64,000 nucleotides of DNA from a virus (lineage: Duplodnaviria; Caudoviricetes): positions 1,251-65,250 of the IMG/VR virus record IMGVR_UViG_3300010883_000022; one strand, given 5' to 3'. The first letter of the stretch is position 1. Each line of letters opens with the position of its first letter. The notes beneath the pieces are model-generated. The model made no database searches and had not been told where the DNA came from. It was given only the letters and a program-made list of their open reading frames with translations. This document shows positions 56,459 to 64,000 of this stretch, piece by piece. Position numbers and translations under genes: made by a program.

Positions 56459-58983
56459 TATGCGTCTCGCCGGGTTAAAATTGTCAGGGCAGGAGCACGC
56501 ACAGTTTTGTGAATACTAAACTGAGGATACTTAGCAGCGATTGCAGTATGCACAGTACGATTATCCTCTATGACGTATACAAAGTTATCAGCTAAATGCT
56601 CGTAAAAACTATGTAATGTCATAAGAGCTGTTTCATCGGAATGGTACCCGTCGTCAGCCACGTACTTAACCTTGCGCCCCCTAAGAATCTTTTTCAAGTA
56701 CGAAGAGTTATCAACAAACTGATCGTACTCAGTTAGTTCAAGGTTATTATTCTGAAAAGCACCCTGCGCCTTTAGTGCGGGCAAGTTCTCTTCCGCGTAA
56801 GAAATATCAATATCAAGACCATAAACCGGATTAGCAGGAAACAGGTCCGCTAATGCTGCAAGCCCTGTCCCCTTCAGAATACCGACCTCAACAACAACAT
56901 CGGTATCATCTTTTTCCAATATGCTGGGTAAGTGCGCTGCATACTCATATGCGTACTTACCCAGGAGCATACGCTCTCCACCCCAGTTCTCCACTGACAC
57001 AGGCGGAGACGGCTCACTCGGGCTGAATTTGCGCCTTTTCACCTGGCGACCGTATAAAGGATGTGCGCCGCTTTCGGGGGCAGTCTCGGCACTAAACTCG
57101 TACATATAACACTGCTCTAACGTTATCAGCTTACAGGCAAGCTCCCACCGTGAAGACCCCTCCGTCGCACCGCAGTACTCAAAGTATTCTTCAAAAGCGA
57201 TCTTCGGGCGCTGTGCTACAACAATATCTTGACCAGTAAACGGGGGTACACACGCCGATTTACCGTCCACTTGTTCCATCAGAGATGCATGGCGACTCAC
57301 ACGATCCGGATCTACGCCGCTCCAACTACCAAAAAATAAATGAATTACATCTAGTTCTGTGTCCTTGTATAGCTTGCAATGCGCCGCAGCTGCATAGCCC
57401 AGGCAAGCTTCCGGGTCGGGGCGGCCGGCGTTATCCGGTCGCGATCGATGGTACCCGGCCCAAGTGTGTGGATACTCTGGCATACGAACAAACTGAAATG
57501 CTGATACATCTTCTTCCATCCGTTTCTGCACCCCATCATCTAACAGAAAACAAGAAGCTAACACACACCCGCCGGGACGAAGCACGCGCCTGATTTCTTG
57601 TAAATAATTCGCTACATCTGCCGGAAACATGTGCGTAAAAACAGAAGCAAGAAAAATAACATCAAAAGACTTATCATCAAATGGAAACGCGTACTTCGAT
57701 GGGCTATCTCCACACCCGTCCCGCCTATACGCAGCATTCGTGACGTCTGCATGAAAGAACCGCAGGTTAGGCCGCCGTGAAGTTATATTATGCGAGTGCC
57801 AATCAACCATATCTTCATTTACTTCTACTCCACAATATGACCCTGCAGGGCTTATATAATCCCACAAGACACGAGCTGTACGGCCAGCACCAAACCCAAG
57901 TTCTAATACATCAGAAGAAGGCGTTAATCCCGCATATTTTTTTAGGTACCCGCACCACTCTTCCGAAACACCGTATCGCTGCTGGATATCCTTATGAAAC
58001 AACAAGCCTCGATCGCTCGTAGGCCACAAGTCCATTGGGATATCGCGAGCGCCTGGGCTGTACTCTTCGTACAAATTCACATAATGCCGTGCGATATCCC
58101 GCGTCATATCCACAGCAGGAGATTCCGCTGCATGCTGCCCGTAACCACTACCGCCTGCCTGCCACAAACGCTGCACAAATCCCGGCAAATCAGGGCTCTC
58201 AATACCCCACTCTAAATACTCAATCAAATGCGCGGGCCTGGCTCCGTGATAATGCACTATGGGAGCTGCCTCAAACACGCCCATCCACGGACGCCAGTTA
58301 AATGTTCGGCGTAAAAACTTGATCCGCTTATCAAAGTGCTGGTTAATAACCCCCTCGTTCCACCCGCTCCCAATACTCCCCCACTCAAACCGCTTTGACG
58401 TAGCTACAAGTGCATCAAACTCCCGTATCCACGCTTGTACATTAATCAGCAAAACTCCAGCATTAATGTAGCGCCGTGACTGCGGCTTGGGACCGACTGG
58501 CCAACAAGATGCCTTCCCATAGCTAACACCTGCAATAAACTCGGGCCGCTCGACTTGAAGCAAAGGCACTGGATCCCGCTGAAAGATGACGTCCGTATCG
58601 GTGTAGAGGATGTAGTCCTCTTCCGGAAACAGCCCGGGTACGTCAAAGCGCATAAAGGTCCCGCAAAGCGATTGCGCAACGAACTGCAGTGGCAATCCCC
58701 GGGGGTTCTTCGGGGTAGGTGCACCAGGATCCGGCCAGAACGTCGGATCATCTGCGAGAGAGAACCTTTGCTGGATGCAGCGAACATCATGCGCTGCTAA
58801 GAAATCCAGGAATTCCGGTGCGTCCCCGTCATACATCACTGCGATGTCCAAGGACGTATTTGCGCGTGCCGACTGAATAGCCGCCATCGCCATCTCTACG
58901 GTCGGTGTGATGATCTTTTGCGGATTGTAGCACACGCCCCTAAATGGACGAGTGCCGTCTGCACAGCACATTACCCATAACAT
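56458..58983 (-). CDS. GT8-like glycosyltransferase fused to two SAM methyltransferase domains
   Basis: LYTDTDVIF, INAGVLLIN, IVHYHG; VLELGFGAGR...SVFTH...RVLRPGG; VEVGILKG...DDGYH. Confidence 0.85.
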   Translation of the reverse strand: MLWVMCCADGTRPFRGVCYNPQKIITPTVEMAMAAIQSARANTSLDIAVMYDGDAPEFLDFLAAHDVRCIQQRFSLADDPTFWPDPGAPTPKNPRGLPLQFVAQSLCGTFMRFDVPGLFPEEDYILYTDTDVIFQRDPVPLLQVERPEFIAGVSYGKASCWPVGPKPQSRRYINAGVLLINVQAWIREFDALVATSKRFEWGSIGSGWNEGVINQHFDKRIKFLRRTFNWRPWMGVFEAAPIVHYHGARPAHLIEYLEWGIESPDLPGFVQRLWQAGGSGYGQHAAESPAVDMTRDIARHYVNLYEEYSPGARDIPMDLWPTSDRGLLFHKDIQQRYGVSEEWCGYLKKYAGLTPSSDVLELGFGAGRTARVLWDYISPAGSYCGVEVNEDMVDWHSHNITSRRPNLRFFHADVTNAAYRRDGCGDSPSKYAFPFDDKSFDVIFLASVFTHMFPADVANYLQEIRRVLRPGGCVLASCFLLDDGVQKRMEEDVSAFQFVRMPEYPHTWAGYHRSRPDNAGRPDPEACLGYAAAAHCKLYKDTELDVIHLFFGSWSGVDPDRVSRHASLMEQVDGKSACVPPFTGQDIVVAQRPKIAFEEYFEYCGATEGSSRWELACKLITLEQCYMYEFSAETAPESGAHPLYGRQVKRRKFSPSEPSPPVSVENWGGERMLLGKYAYEYAAHLPSILEKDDTDVVVEVGILKGTGLAALADLFPANPVYGLDIDISYAEENLPALKAQGAFQNNNLELTEYDQFVDNSSYLKKILRGRKVKYVADDGYHSDETALMTLHSFYEHLADNFVYVIEDNRTVHTAIAAKYPQFSIHKTVRAPALTILTRRDA

Positions 58984-58987
58984 AATC

Positions 58988-59401
58988 CTAGGGCCACTCC
59001 ACGATTCCTAACGTTGACAACCACGGCAACATGGCCGTCCAGTACAAGAGTGTACTAGTAATCAGAAAGTAGTGCCAATAACGCCTCTTCCAGTTCAAGA
59101 AATACAGAAACAAAAGCGGGTAAATACACAGCCTACTTATCCAAAGAGACATGTAGATACCAAAGTACTTAATACAAAGGCTCATAGGCAGGAACGTTTC
59201 GCGCTGCCAATCATTTCCAATGTATTGCCTCGTAAGCTGCATATCGAGAGCGTGTATCACTACAAGTAGAAACACAAATAATAGCGAAATAGTTTTTGAT
59301 GGTCGGAAATTGTCATCCATGACAGAACCCGCGGTTGGAATAGGTCTAGCACACTCCCGATCTGGCGCGTCGTAATAACGCACCATCTCTTTCGTAACCA
59401 T
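58988..59401 (-). CDS. Multi-TM membrane protein (DUF5658-like)
   Basis: Three hydrophobic helices, LD..LT...E..P pattern. Confidence 0.55.
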   Translation of the reverse strand: MVTKEMVRYYDAPDRECARPIPTAGSVMDDNFRPSKTISLLFVFLLVVIHALDMQLTRQYIGNDWQRETFLPMSLCIKYFGIYMSLWISRLCIYPLLFLYFLNWKRRYWHYFLITSTLLYWTAMLPWLSTLGIVEWP

Positions 59402-59424
59402 TCACAGCGTCCTCCTTGACCCTG

Positions 59425-59766
59425 CTAGTGAACAAAAAGAAAAGGAATATAACTACAAAGAACGACTATCTGCACAATGATCAATGCCCATATTACGATG
59501 CCCAAGTTCTTGTAACGGCGCGCTCGAATCGCCGCGCAAATAAGCAGCGTGAGCGCGGTTCCAAATGTCTTGAAACCTACAAGAAGAGCAACACCGCCCC
59601 CATCCAGGTTAATGAGGTACTTGGCCATTGGATTCAACTCTACAGGACCTAGAGCGAATCCGGCACGCGCAGACATGTAGCTATCAAACGAGGAAATACC
59701 TGCAACGAGCACCATTGCAAGCCAAAAGGGGAACGCTTTCTGGAATAACTTAGACATTACTGGCAT
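59425..59766 (-). CDS. Multi-TM membrane protein (DUF5658-like)
   Basis: FDSYMS...ELNPMAKYLI, three TM helices. Confidence 0.6.
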   Translation of the reverse strand: MPVMSKLFQKAFPFWLAMVLVAGISSFDSYMSARAGFALGPVELNPMAKYLINLDGGGVALLVGFKTFGTALTLLICAAIRARRYKNLGIVIWALIIVQIVVLCSYIPFLFVH

Positions 59767-59800
59767 CCTTGCCCCGAGGCAGCGTCCTTGCCGCCTACGA

Positions 59801-60157
59801 TTAAGTGTCTGTATCTACATCATCAGTTATCTCTTCCTCAAGTATTGCTTTTTCATACCACCGGTAGACACGCCCGTAAGCGGTCTGCCACGCTGTTCCA
59901 TGGTGTGCTGTTTCGCAGAACCAGGACAGTACATGCGCGTACTCATGAAGTAGCACATGTACGTCCCGCTCTGCTCCATTGCTTTTACGGACAATAATAA
60001 CGAAGCGAGGATTAGGTCCGTCCTCTATGTACTGGCAGGAACCATGGGAGCTGTATCCCCTTTTTAATCGTACGTGTACCGTATGACCTGTGGGTAAATC
60101 TTCCCGTAGTCTCTTAGATACTTCGTAGAAAAACGCATATTTGGGATCTCGTGGCAT
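59801..60157 (-). CDS. Small HExxH zinc metallopeptidase-like protein
   Basis: LLHEYAH...HHGTAW. Confidence 0.75.
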   Translation of the reverse strand: MPRDPKYAFFYEVSKRLREDLPTGHTVHVRLKRGYSSHGSCQYIEDGPNPRFVIIVRKSNGAERDVHVLLHEYAHVLSWFCETAHHGTAWQTAYGRVYRWYEKAILEEEITDDVDTDT

Positions 60158-60192
60158 CCTTGCCTCCTGTGATAACCCACTACACTACTCCG

Positions 60193-60327
60193 TTAAAATA
60201 AAAACCGCTCCCACCAACCTTGCTTAGCTCCTATGAGATATAAACCAACTAACGCGCCGCCAATAAGGGCAGCCCGCCGAATAATCCGATGCTTCTTCAA
60301 AAACGCTAGTACAGGTCCATCAGCCAT
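60193..60327 (-). CDS. 44-aa single-TM protein (MADGPVLAFL...)
   Basis: SD AAGGAG; read manually. Confidence 0.65.
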   Translation of the reverse strand: MADGPVLAFLKKHRIIRRAALIGGALVGLYLIGAKQGWWERFLF

Positions 60328-60353
60328 TACCTAGCACTCCTTTGTGCAATAAG

Positions 60354-60602
60354 TTACTCCTTAGGACTACGAGACGATTTATCGAGCTGCTTCTCCAAAC
60401 GCTGCATAATCGCAGTGTTCGCAGAGATCACCTCCGTACAATTAGCAACTAACTCCTTTAACGTAGATGTGTAATCTTCTTCCAGCAAAGAAATGCGCTC
60501 GCTCATACGCGTTTCACGCTTCCACCCCTGCCAAGTAAAAAACACGACAAGAGCAACCATGATCCCGAACTCACGCAGAACCTCCATAAATGCTATATCC
60601 AT
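60354..60602 (-). CDS. TM plus coiled-coil protein (BhlA/holin-like architecture)
   Basis: EFGIMVALVVFFTW followed by heptad-rich tail. Confidence 0.55.
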   Translation of the reverse strand: MDIAFMEVLREFGIMVALVVFFTWQGWKRETRMSERISLLEEDYTSTLKELVANCTEVISANTAIMQRLEKQLDKSSRSPKE

Positions 60603-60906
60603 ATGTCGCTCTCCTACGCTTCCTTGCGATGATAAATACCCAAACCCCTCGGATACCCCTCCCCAAGGTCCATTATGAATGAAGGGCTACTCCATTCAAC
60701 CTGCGAAGGCATTCTAATGCCACAACCCCCGCTCTCCTCCCGCCGAACAGTCTTAGCTAACGACGGTTTCCCGAGCACGTAAGCCGCATCCTGCGAAGTC
60801 CGTGCTCCCTAACCTGGTGGTGACTCACCAAACCTGGGTATCTAAATTCTACCTTTTCGATCCACGAGACGGAATTATAAGGCCAAAGAGTGCGCCATTA
60901 CACAGG

Positions 60907-61122
60907 CTACGGCCACAATTCAGGCGAAAATTGAACACTTATATACGGCGCACACCGTGCACATATCTCAATCTTATCATGCGCATAGTCATCTAGTGGT
61001 TTCTTATAATCACAATGAAACTCACAAACAAAGCAACGGGCAGCAATGTGCGCAATGCCCCGGCGTACCGATACAACTGCATTGCGCCCGGGTTCTAGTA
61101 GCTTGTCGTCGCTTGGCATCAT
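60907..61122 (-). CDS. Small Cys-rich protein
   Basis: SD AAGGAGGT; CFVC and CARC. Confidence 0.65.
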   Translation of the reverse strand: MMPSDDKLLEPGRNAVVSVRRGIAHIAARCFVCEFHCDYKKPLDDYAHDKIEICARCAPYISVQFSPELWP

Positions 61123-61134
61123 ACCTCCTTTAAC

Positions 61135-61962
61135 TCAACGATACTCTGGGTGCCCGTCTGAGGAAAACTCAGAACGTATGTCACATCCGGAACTTGTAAA
61201 TTGTAATGCAGCGCCCGTCTTTAACGTGTGTGCCATCGCAGAAAAGCTGCTGAACTCACTTCCAATAATATGATCTGTGCGCGCAAGCAAGTACAAATCT
61301 GCAAGTGCCTTTTGCATAGACTCCTTCGAATGCCATTCGTAAGGATTTTGTTGGTGGTGAAATGCGCGTCCCGGAAAATGCTCTGCAAGCAACGACACAA
61401 CCCGCTCCTCCTCAGCAGATACAAACACCTCTGCCTGCGGAAATCGCTGGAAATACGCTGAGAGATTATCGATAAAGCTGTCAACTGATGAACGCTTACT
61501 CGTTACCGGGTGGGCCCGTATGGTGCGTATAGACACGCCGACAATCTGCTCTGCTTCGTCAATGGTTGGTAACAAGTTATCTATTAAAGCCTGCACAGGT
61601 TCGCTTGGGGTAAACTGCTTGGCGTACTGCCCAATACCCTCTATCAATGCTGTGCAGAAAAAGAAATACGAAGATACCTTTACGCGGTGCGCTTCTCCCG
61701 GAGACTCCTCCCACGGCACAGTCAAAGGCCCCAATGCGTGCCAATCTTCTGCAGAAACTTGCGCCCAATTATTGGACCACAAATCACTAAACGATGCTTG
61801 CGGGCTTAAGAACCCCCCTGAAAACTTAGCAGTACCCTTCTCAGGCGGCCAACAAACTACAAGGCGCCGATCGTCCCGCTGACATATAGCCAACGCAGAG
61901 CAAAGTGCGCGCCACCTGTTACATAGCCCGGCATGCGCATAAACCCACAGCTCTCGTTGCAT
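61135..61962 (-). CDS. Fucosyltransferase-like (NodZ/GT-B) glycosyltransferase
   Basis: AGLCNR, VGVSIR, ALADLYLLARTDHIIGSEFSSFS. Confidence 0.8.
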   Translation of the reverse strand: MQRELWVYAHAGLCNRWRALCSALAICQRDDRRLVVCWPPEKGTAKFSGGFLSPQASFSDLWSNNWAQVSAEDWHALGPLTVPWEESPGEAHRVKVSSYFFFCTALIEGIGQYAKQFTPSEPVQALIDNLLPTIDEAEQIVGVSIRTIRAHPVTSKRSSVDSFIDNLSAYFQRFPQAEVFVSAEEERVVSLLAEHFPGRAFHHQQNPYEWHSKESMQKALADLYLLARTDHIIGSEFSSFSAMAHTLKTGAALQFTSSGCDIRSEFSSDGHPEYR

Positions 61963-62549
61963 TAGATATCCTTGGGATCCTTCCTACTCTCTTCAACAGA
62001 TTTGCGCGACACCCTGTTCATAAGGTACAGCTCGTTAGAAAGCGTCATCATACGAGCAAAAGCATCAGCATCTGCCGCCTCCATGAAACACATATTATGC
62101 GGTAACACATCCACGTTAGACTGGCCGCGTAGAACTGACCCCGGCGCATCCTCCATATGGTGCACCACCATACCCGTATTTACAGCACGCCGCTCAGTTT
62201 TTCCATCCACCCCCGCGTAAGGGCCTGGGCCATAGATGCTCCAGAATATGTCTATCTCGTCTGGAGGTGCGCCTGGAGGCCAATAACAAATAGGCGCTGC
62301 AACATATGCCGTAGGATCCCCGTCGAACCTGGTCTGGCGCTCTACGTGCACTGCCGACAGTATCTGCATATGTACCTGCTTGTAATTCTTCGGTGTGCAA
62401 ACCTGCCGAAGATCACAAATCAGATCCAATAATGTATCACCTTCGTGCTGCATCCGTTCAGCCCCCGGTGTAAGAGAGAATGGTGTTATATCCATATACC
62501 TATTATACAGCCCATATCGTTCCTGCTCGTAGGACAGACCCGGGCCCAC
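61962..62549 (-). CDS. Hypothetical protein
   Basis: 195 aa; TAATG overlap downstream; start uncertain. Confidence 0.65.
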   Translation of the reverse strand: MGPGLSYEQERYGLYNRYMDITPFSLTPGAERMQHEGDTLLDLICDLRQVCTPKNYKQVHMQILSAVHVERQTRFDGDPTAYVAAPICYWPPGAPPDEIDIFWSIYGPGPYAGVDGKTERRAVNTGMVVHHMEDAPGSVLRGQSNVDVLPHNMCFMEAADADAFARMMTLSNELYLMNRVSRKSVEESRKDPKDI

Positions 62550-62563
62550 AAACCCTGATAGCT

Positions 62564-62607
62564 AAAAAAAGGACCGGATCCCTGGCCCGAAGGCCAAGAA
62601 TACCGGG
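62564..62607 (-). terminator. Rho-independent terminator with C(UUCG)G loop
   Basis: TTCTTGGCC-TTCG-GGCCAGGGA stem followed by T7. Confidence 0.8.
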
Positions 62608-62614
62608 CATGAAC

Positions 62615-62842
62615 TCAACCCTCCAGCTTCACAAGCCGCTCAACGATTTCCGCTTCCAGCTTCAGGATCCGGGCTGTGGAAGTTGCTGCCAGCTTCAGCG
62701 CCCGGTCGTTGGCGCGGTTCAAATCGGACTTGGTGTAGTGCAATACATCGCGCAGTCCATCGATAGCGAAGTACAGGTAAACAATCCAGGACGCCACGCC
62801 ACCAACCACAGCCAAACAGATCAGAAATACAAAAAACGTCAT
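62615..62842 (-). CDS. TM plus coiled-coil small protein
   Basis: SD AAGGAG; hydrophobic N-terminus. Confidence 0.7.
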   Translation of the reverse strand: MTFFVFLICLAVVGGVASWIVYLYFAIDGLRDVLHYTKSDLNRANDRALKLAATSTARILKLEAEIVERLVKLEG

Positions 62843-62872
62843 TGTACTGCTCCTTTTCTTGGGACATAAAAA

Positions 62873-62949
62873 AACGACGGTGAGGGTTTGAACCCCACGA
62901 CCTTTGTGTTCTTGTGATTACAATGCTCTCTCTTAATGCTACTTTCGTT
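62873..62949 (-). pseudogene. Degenerate tRNA / tRNA-like element
   Basis: 77 nt; T-arm TGGGG-TTCAAAC-CCTCA, GTAGC...AGAGC D-arm remnant, AGGTC variable loop, partial acceptor stem; no canonical anticodon loop. Confidence 0.6.
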
Positions 62950-62991
62950 CTTAATATATAGTGACGCATTTATGCCGTTTGTTTAGTGCAT

Positions 62992-63022
62992 AAAAAAAGC
63001 GCCACCCTATGACAGGTGACGC
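62992..63022 (-). terminator. Rho-independent terminator downstream of the structured region
   Basis: GCGTCACC...GGTGGCGC followed by T7. Confidence 0.8.
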
Positions 63023-63049
63023 CTTGTTATGCATAACAAACTGTTAAAT

Positions 63050-63389
63050 GCGGACTAGATTAATGCAGTCTGCCCGTGTCACGATTCGTGGAAGAAGGAA
63101 GGAAAACCACAAACCATATTCGCGGCGTCGACTTGGCGCTCGATCGGTTGGGTAGGAGTGCTACCCCGGTAAAGCTAAAACCCGCGCGCATTAATCTGGG
63201 ACCACAGGCACTTCCGGGTGATTACTCTGAGAAAGGGTTAAGCAAAGTAATCGTGGTCCGCAGGAAGCTAAACGGAAAAAACCGGTCGTGGCGTACCGGG
63301 ACATCCGTGTCCCTCCCTGGATTCGGGAGTGTAACTTATAGCTCACGAACCCTTGTGCGCTCTAAGTGCCAAACTCCCCACTTGTCCGC
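63050..63389 (-). ncRNA. Candidate ~340-nt structured ncRNA, family unassigned
   Basis: End-closing helix, several nested 5-10 bp helices, two 7-bp cross-domain pairings, downstream terminator. Confidence 0.65.
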
Positions 63390-63401
63390 GTGACCTCCTT
63401 A

Positions 63402-64000
63402 TTAAATAAGTCCGTTGGGAAACTGTTGTTTCAAGATCTGGAACATCTTTTGCTGCGTAGCCGGATCATTGATCCCCTTCAGCCCCAGGATGGAAAAATT
63501 AGGCGGGTTGGAATTCATTGCATCGTTAAGCATCTGTTTTTCCAGATCTTCCATCCCTCCTACTAGCTGCTGCGCTACTTCACCTGCTCGCGGACTATTC
63601 ATAGCTGCGGCTAGTGCTTCAGGGTTCTCAACAAGCGCCGTTACTTCGTCCGGATCTACTGTCCCGTTGCCGTCAGCATCACCAGGTAAGCCGCCCTGCT
63701 GGCCGCCCTGCTGCTGACCCTGCTGTTGCTGGCCTGGCTGTTGCTGACCCTGCTGTTGCCCCTGGTTATAAGCATCTAGCCGCTGCTGAACTCCTTCTTC
63801 TCCGATTGGCTCCCCTTGGCCATCATCTGGCGTACCCATTACACCATCAGGACCGGGAACAACCTCAGGACCAAGAAGAGATGCCTGCTGCAACTTCTTC
63901 AGCTCTTCCGGATCCATCGACGGAAGAAGCGCGTTAGGCTCGCCACCGGTCGTACCTGGCTGTGTACCTGGCTGTGTACCTGGCTGTGTACCTGGCTGTG
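63402..64000 (-). CDS. 3' part of a Gln/Gly/Pro-rich protein that begins beyond the window
   Basis: Frame stays open from 63917 to 64000; TQPG repeats, poly-Q, DADGNGTVD motif. Confidence 0.75.
   Translation of the reverse strand, partial: QPGTQPGTQPGTQPGTTGGEPNALLPSMDPEELKKLQQASLLGPEVVPGPDGVMGTPDDGQGEPIGEEGVQQRLDAYNQGQQQGQQQPGQQQQGQQQGGQQGGLPGDADGNGTVDPDEVTALVENPEALAAAMNSPRAGEVAQQLVGGMEDLEKQMLNDAMNSNPPNFSILGLKGINDPATQQKMFQILKQQFPNGLI
63953..64000 (-). repeat. 12-nt coding tandem repeat (TQPG)n, at least 4 copies
   Basis: TACCTGGCTGTG x4 to window edge. Confidence 0.95.

Noticed and set aside
63024-63039. Perfect 16-bp palindrome TTGTTATGCATAACAA as an operator
   Set aside because: Single occurrence beside a terminator; cannot be distinguished from an RNA hairpin or chance
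63050-63389. tmRNA, RNase P RNA or group I intron identity for the structured region
   Set aside because: No tRNA-Ala-like ends or tag peptide, no RNase P P4 consensus, no interrupted gene
1-64000. The numerous plus-strand ORFs in the track (e.g. 34890-35813, 19782-20576, 63076-63393)
   Set aside because: They are antisense shadows of well-supported minus-strand genes or of the structured RNA, with no family motifs
1-64000. CRISPR array
   Set aside because: All repeats seen are in-frame coding repeats or RBS motifs; no repeat-spacer periodicity
1-64000. Stop-codon reassignment, as seen in some large phages
   Set aside because: Genes are full length and densely packed under code 11; TAA, TAG and TGA all end genes

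Overview
This 64-kb window is part of a large contractile-tailed (myovirus-like) phage genome. Essentially all real genes are on the minus strand, use the standard code and often overlap (TAATG/ATGA). In transcription order (right to left) it contains: a structured non-coding region with a tRNA-like element; a block of glycosyltransferases, methyltransferases and a 2OG dioxygenase; a protease/holin/lipoprotein block interrupted by an amino-sugar formylation cassette; a two-gene multisubunit RNA polymerase; tail fibre genes; glycine-zipper internal virion proteins; prohead protease, scaffold, decoration and major capsid genes; and neck, sheath, tube, spike and tail chaperone genes. From memory the IscA protein resembles Planctomycetota homologues, so that is a possible host (inference, not searched). 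Four signals stand out. (1) The RNAP is beta fused to the N-half of beta-prime plus a separate beta-prime C-half; both zinc sites are lost and I found no cysteine in 2108 aa, suggesting a packaged, injected polymerase. (2) About 21 short hairpins presenting CANGGANG, the CsrA/RsmA site, sit on ribosome-binding sites and start codons. (3) A K-x-A/S/G motif is pervasive, and an extended 15-aa form is duplicated in two unrelated proteins with only synonymous changes. (4) A ~340-nt non-coding region has nested helices and two loop-loop pseudoknots. All calls come from reading motifs by eye; no searches or folding programs were run.
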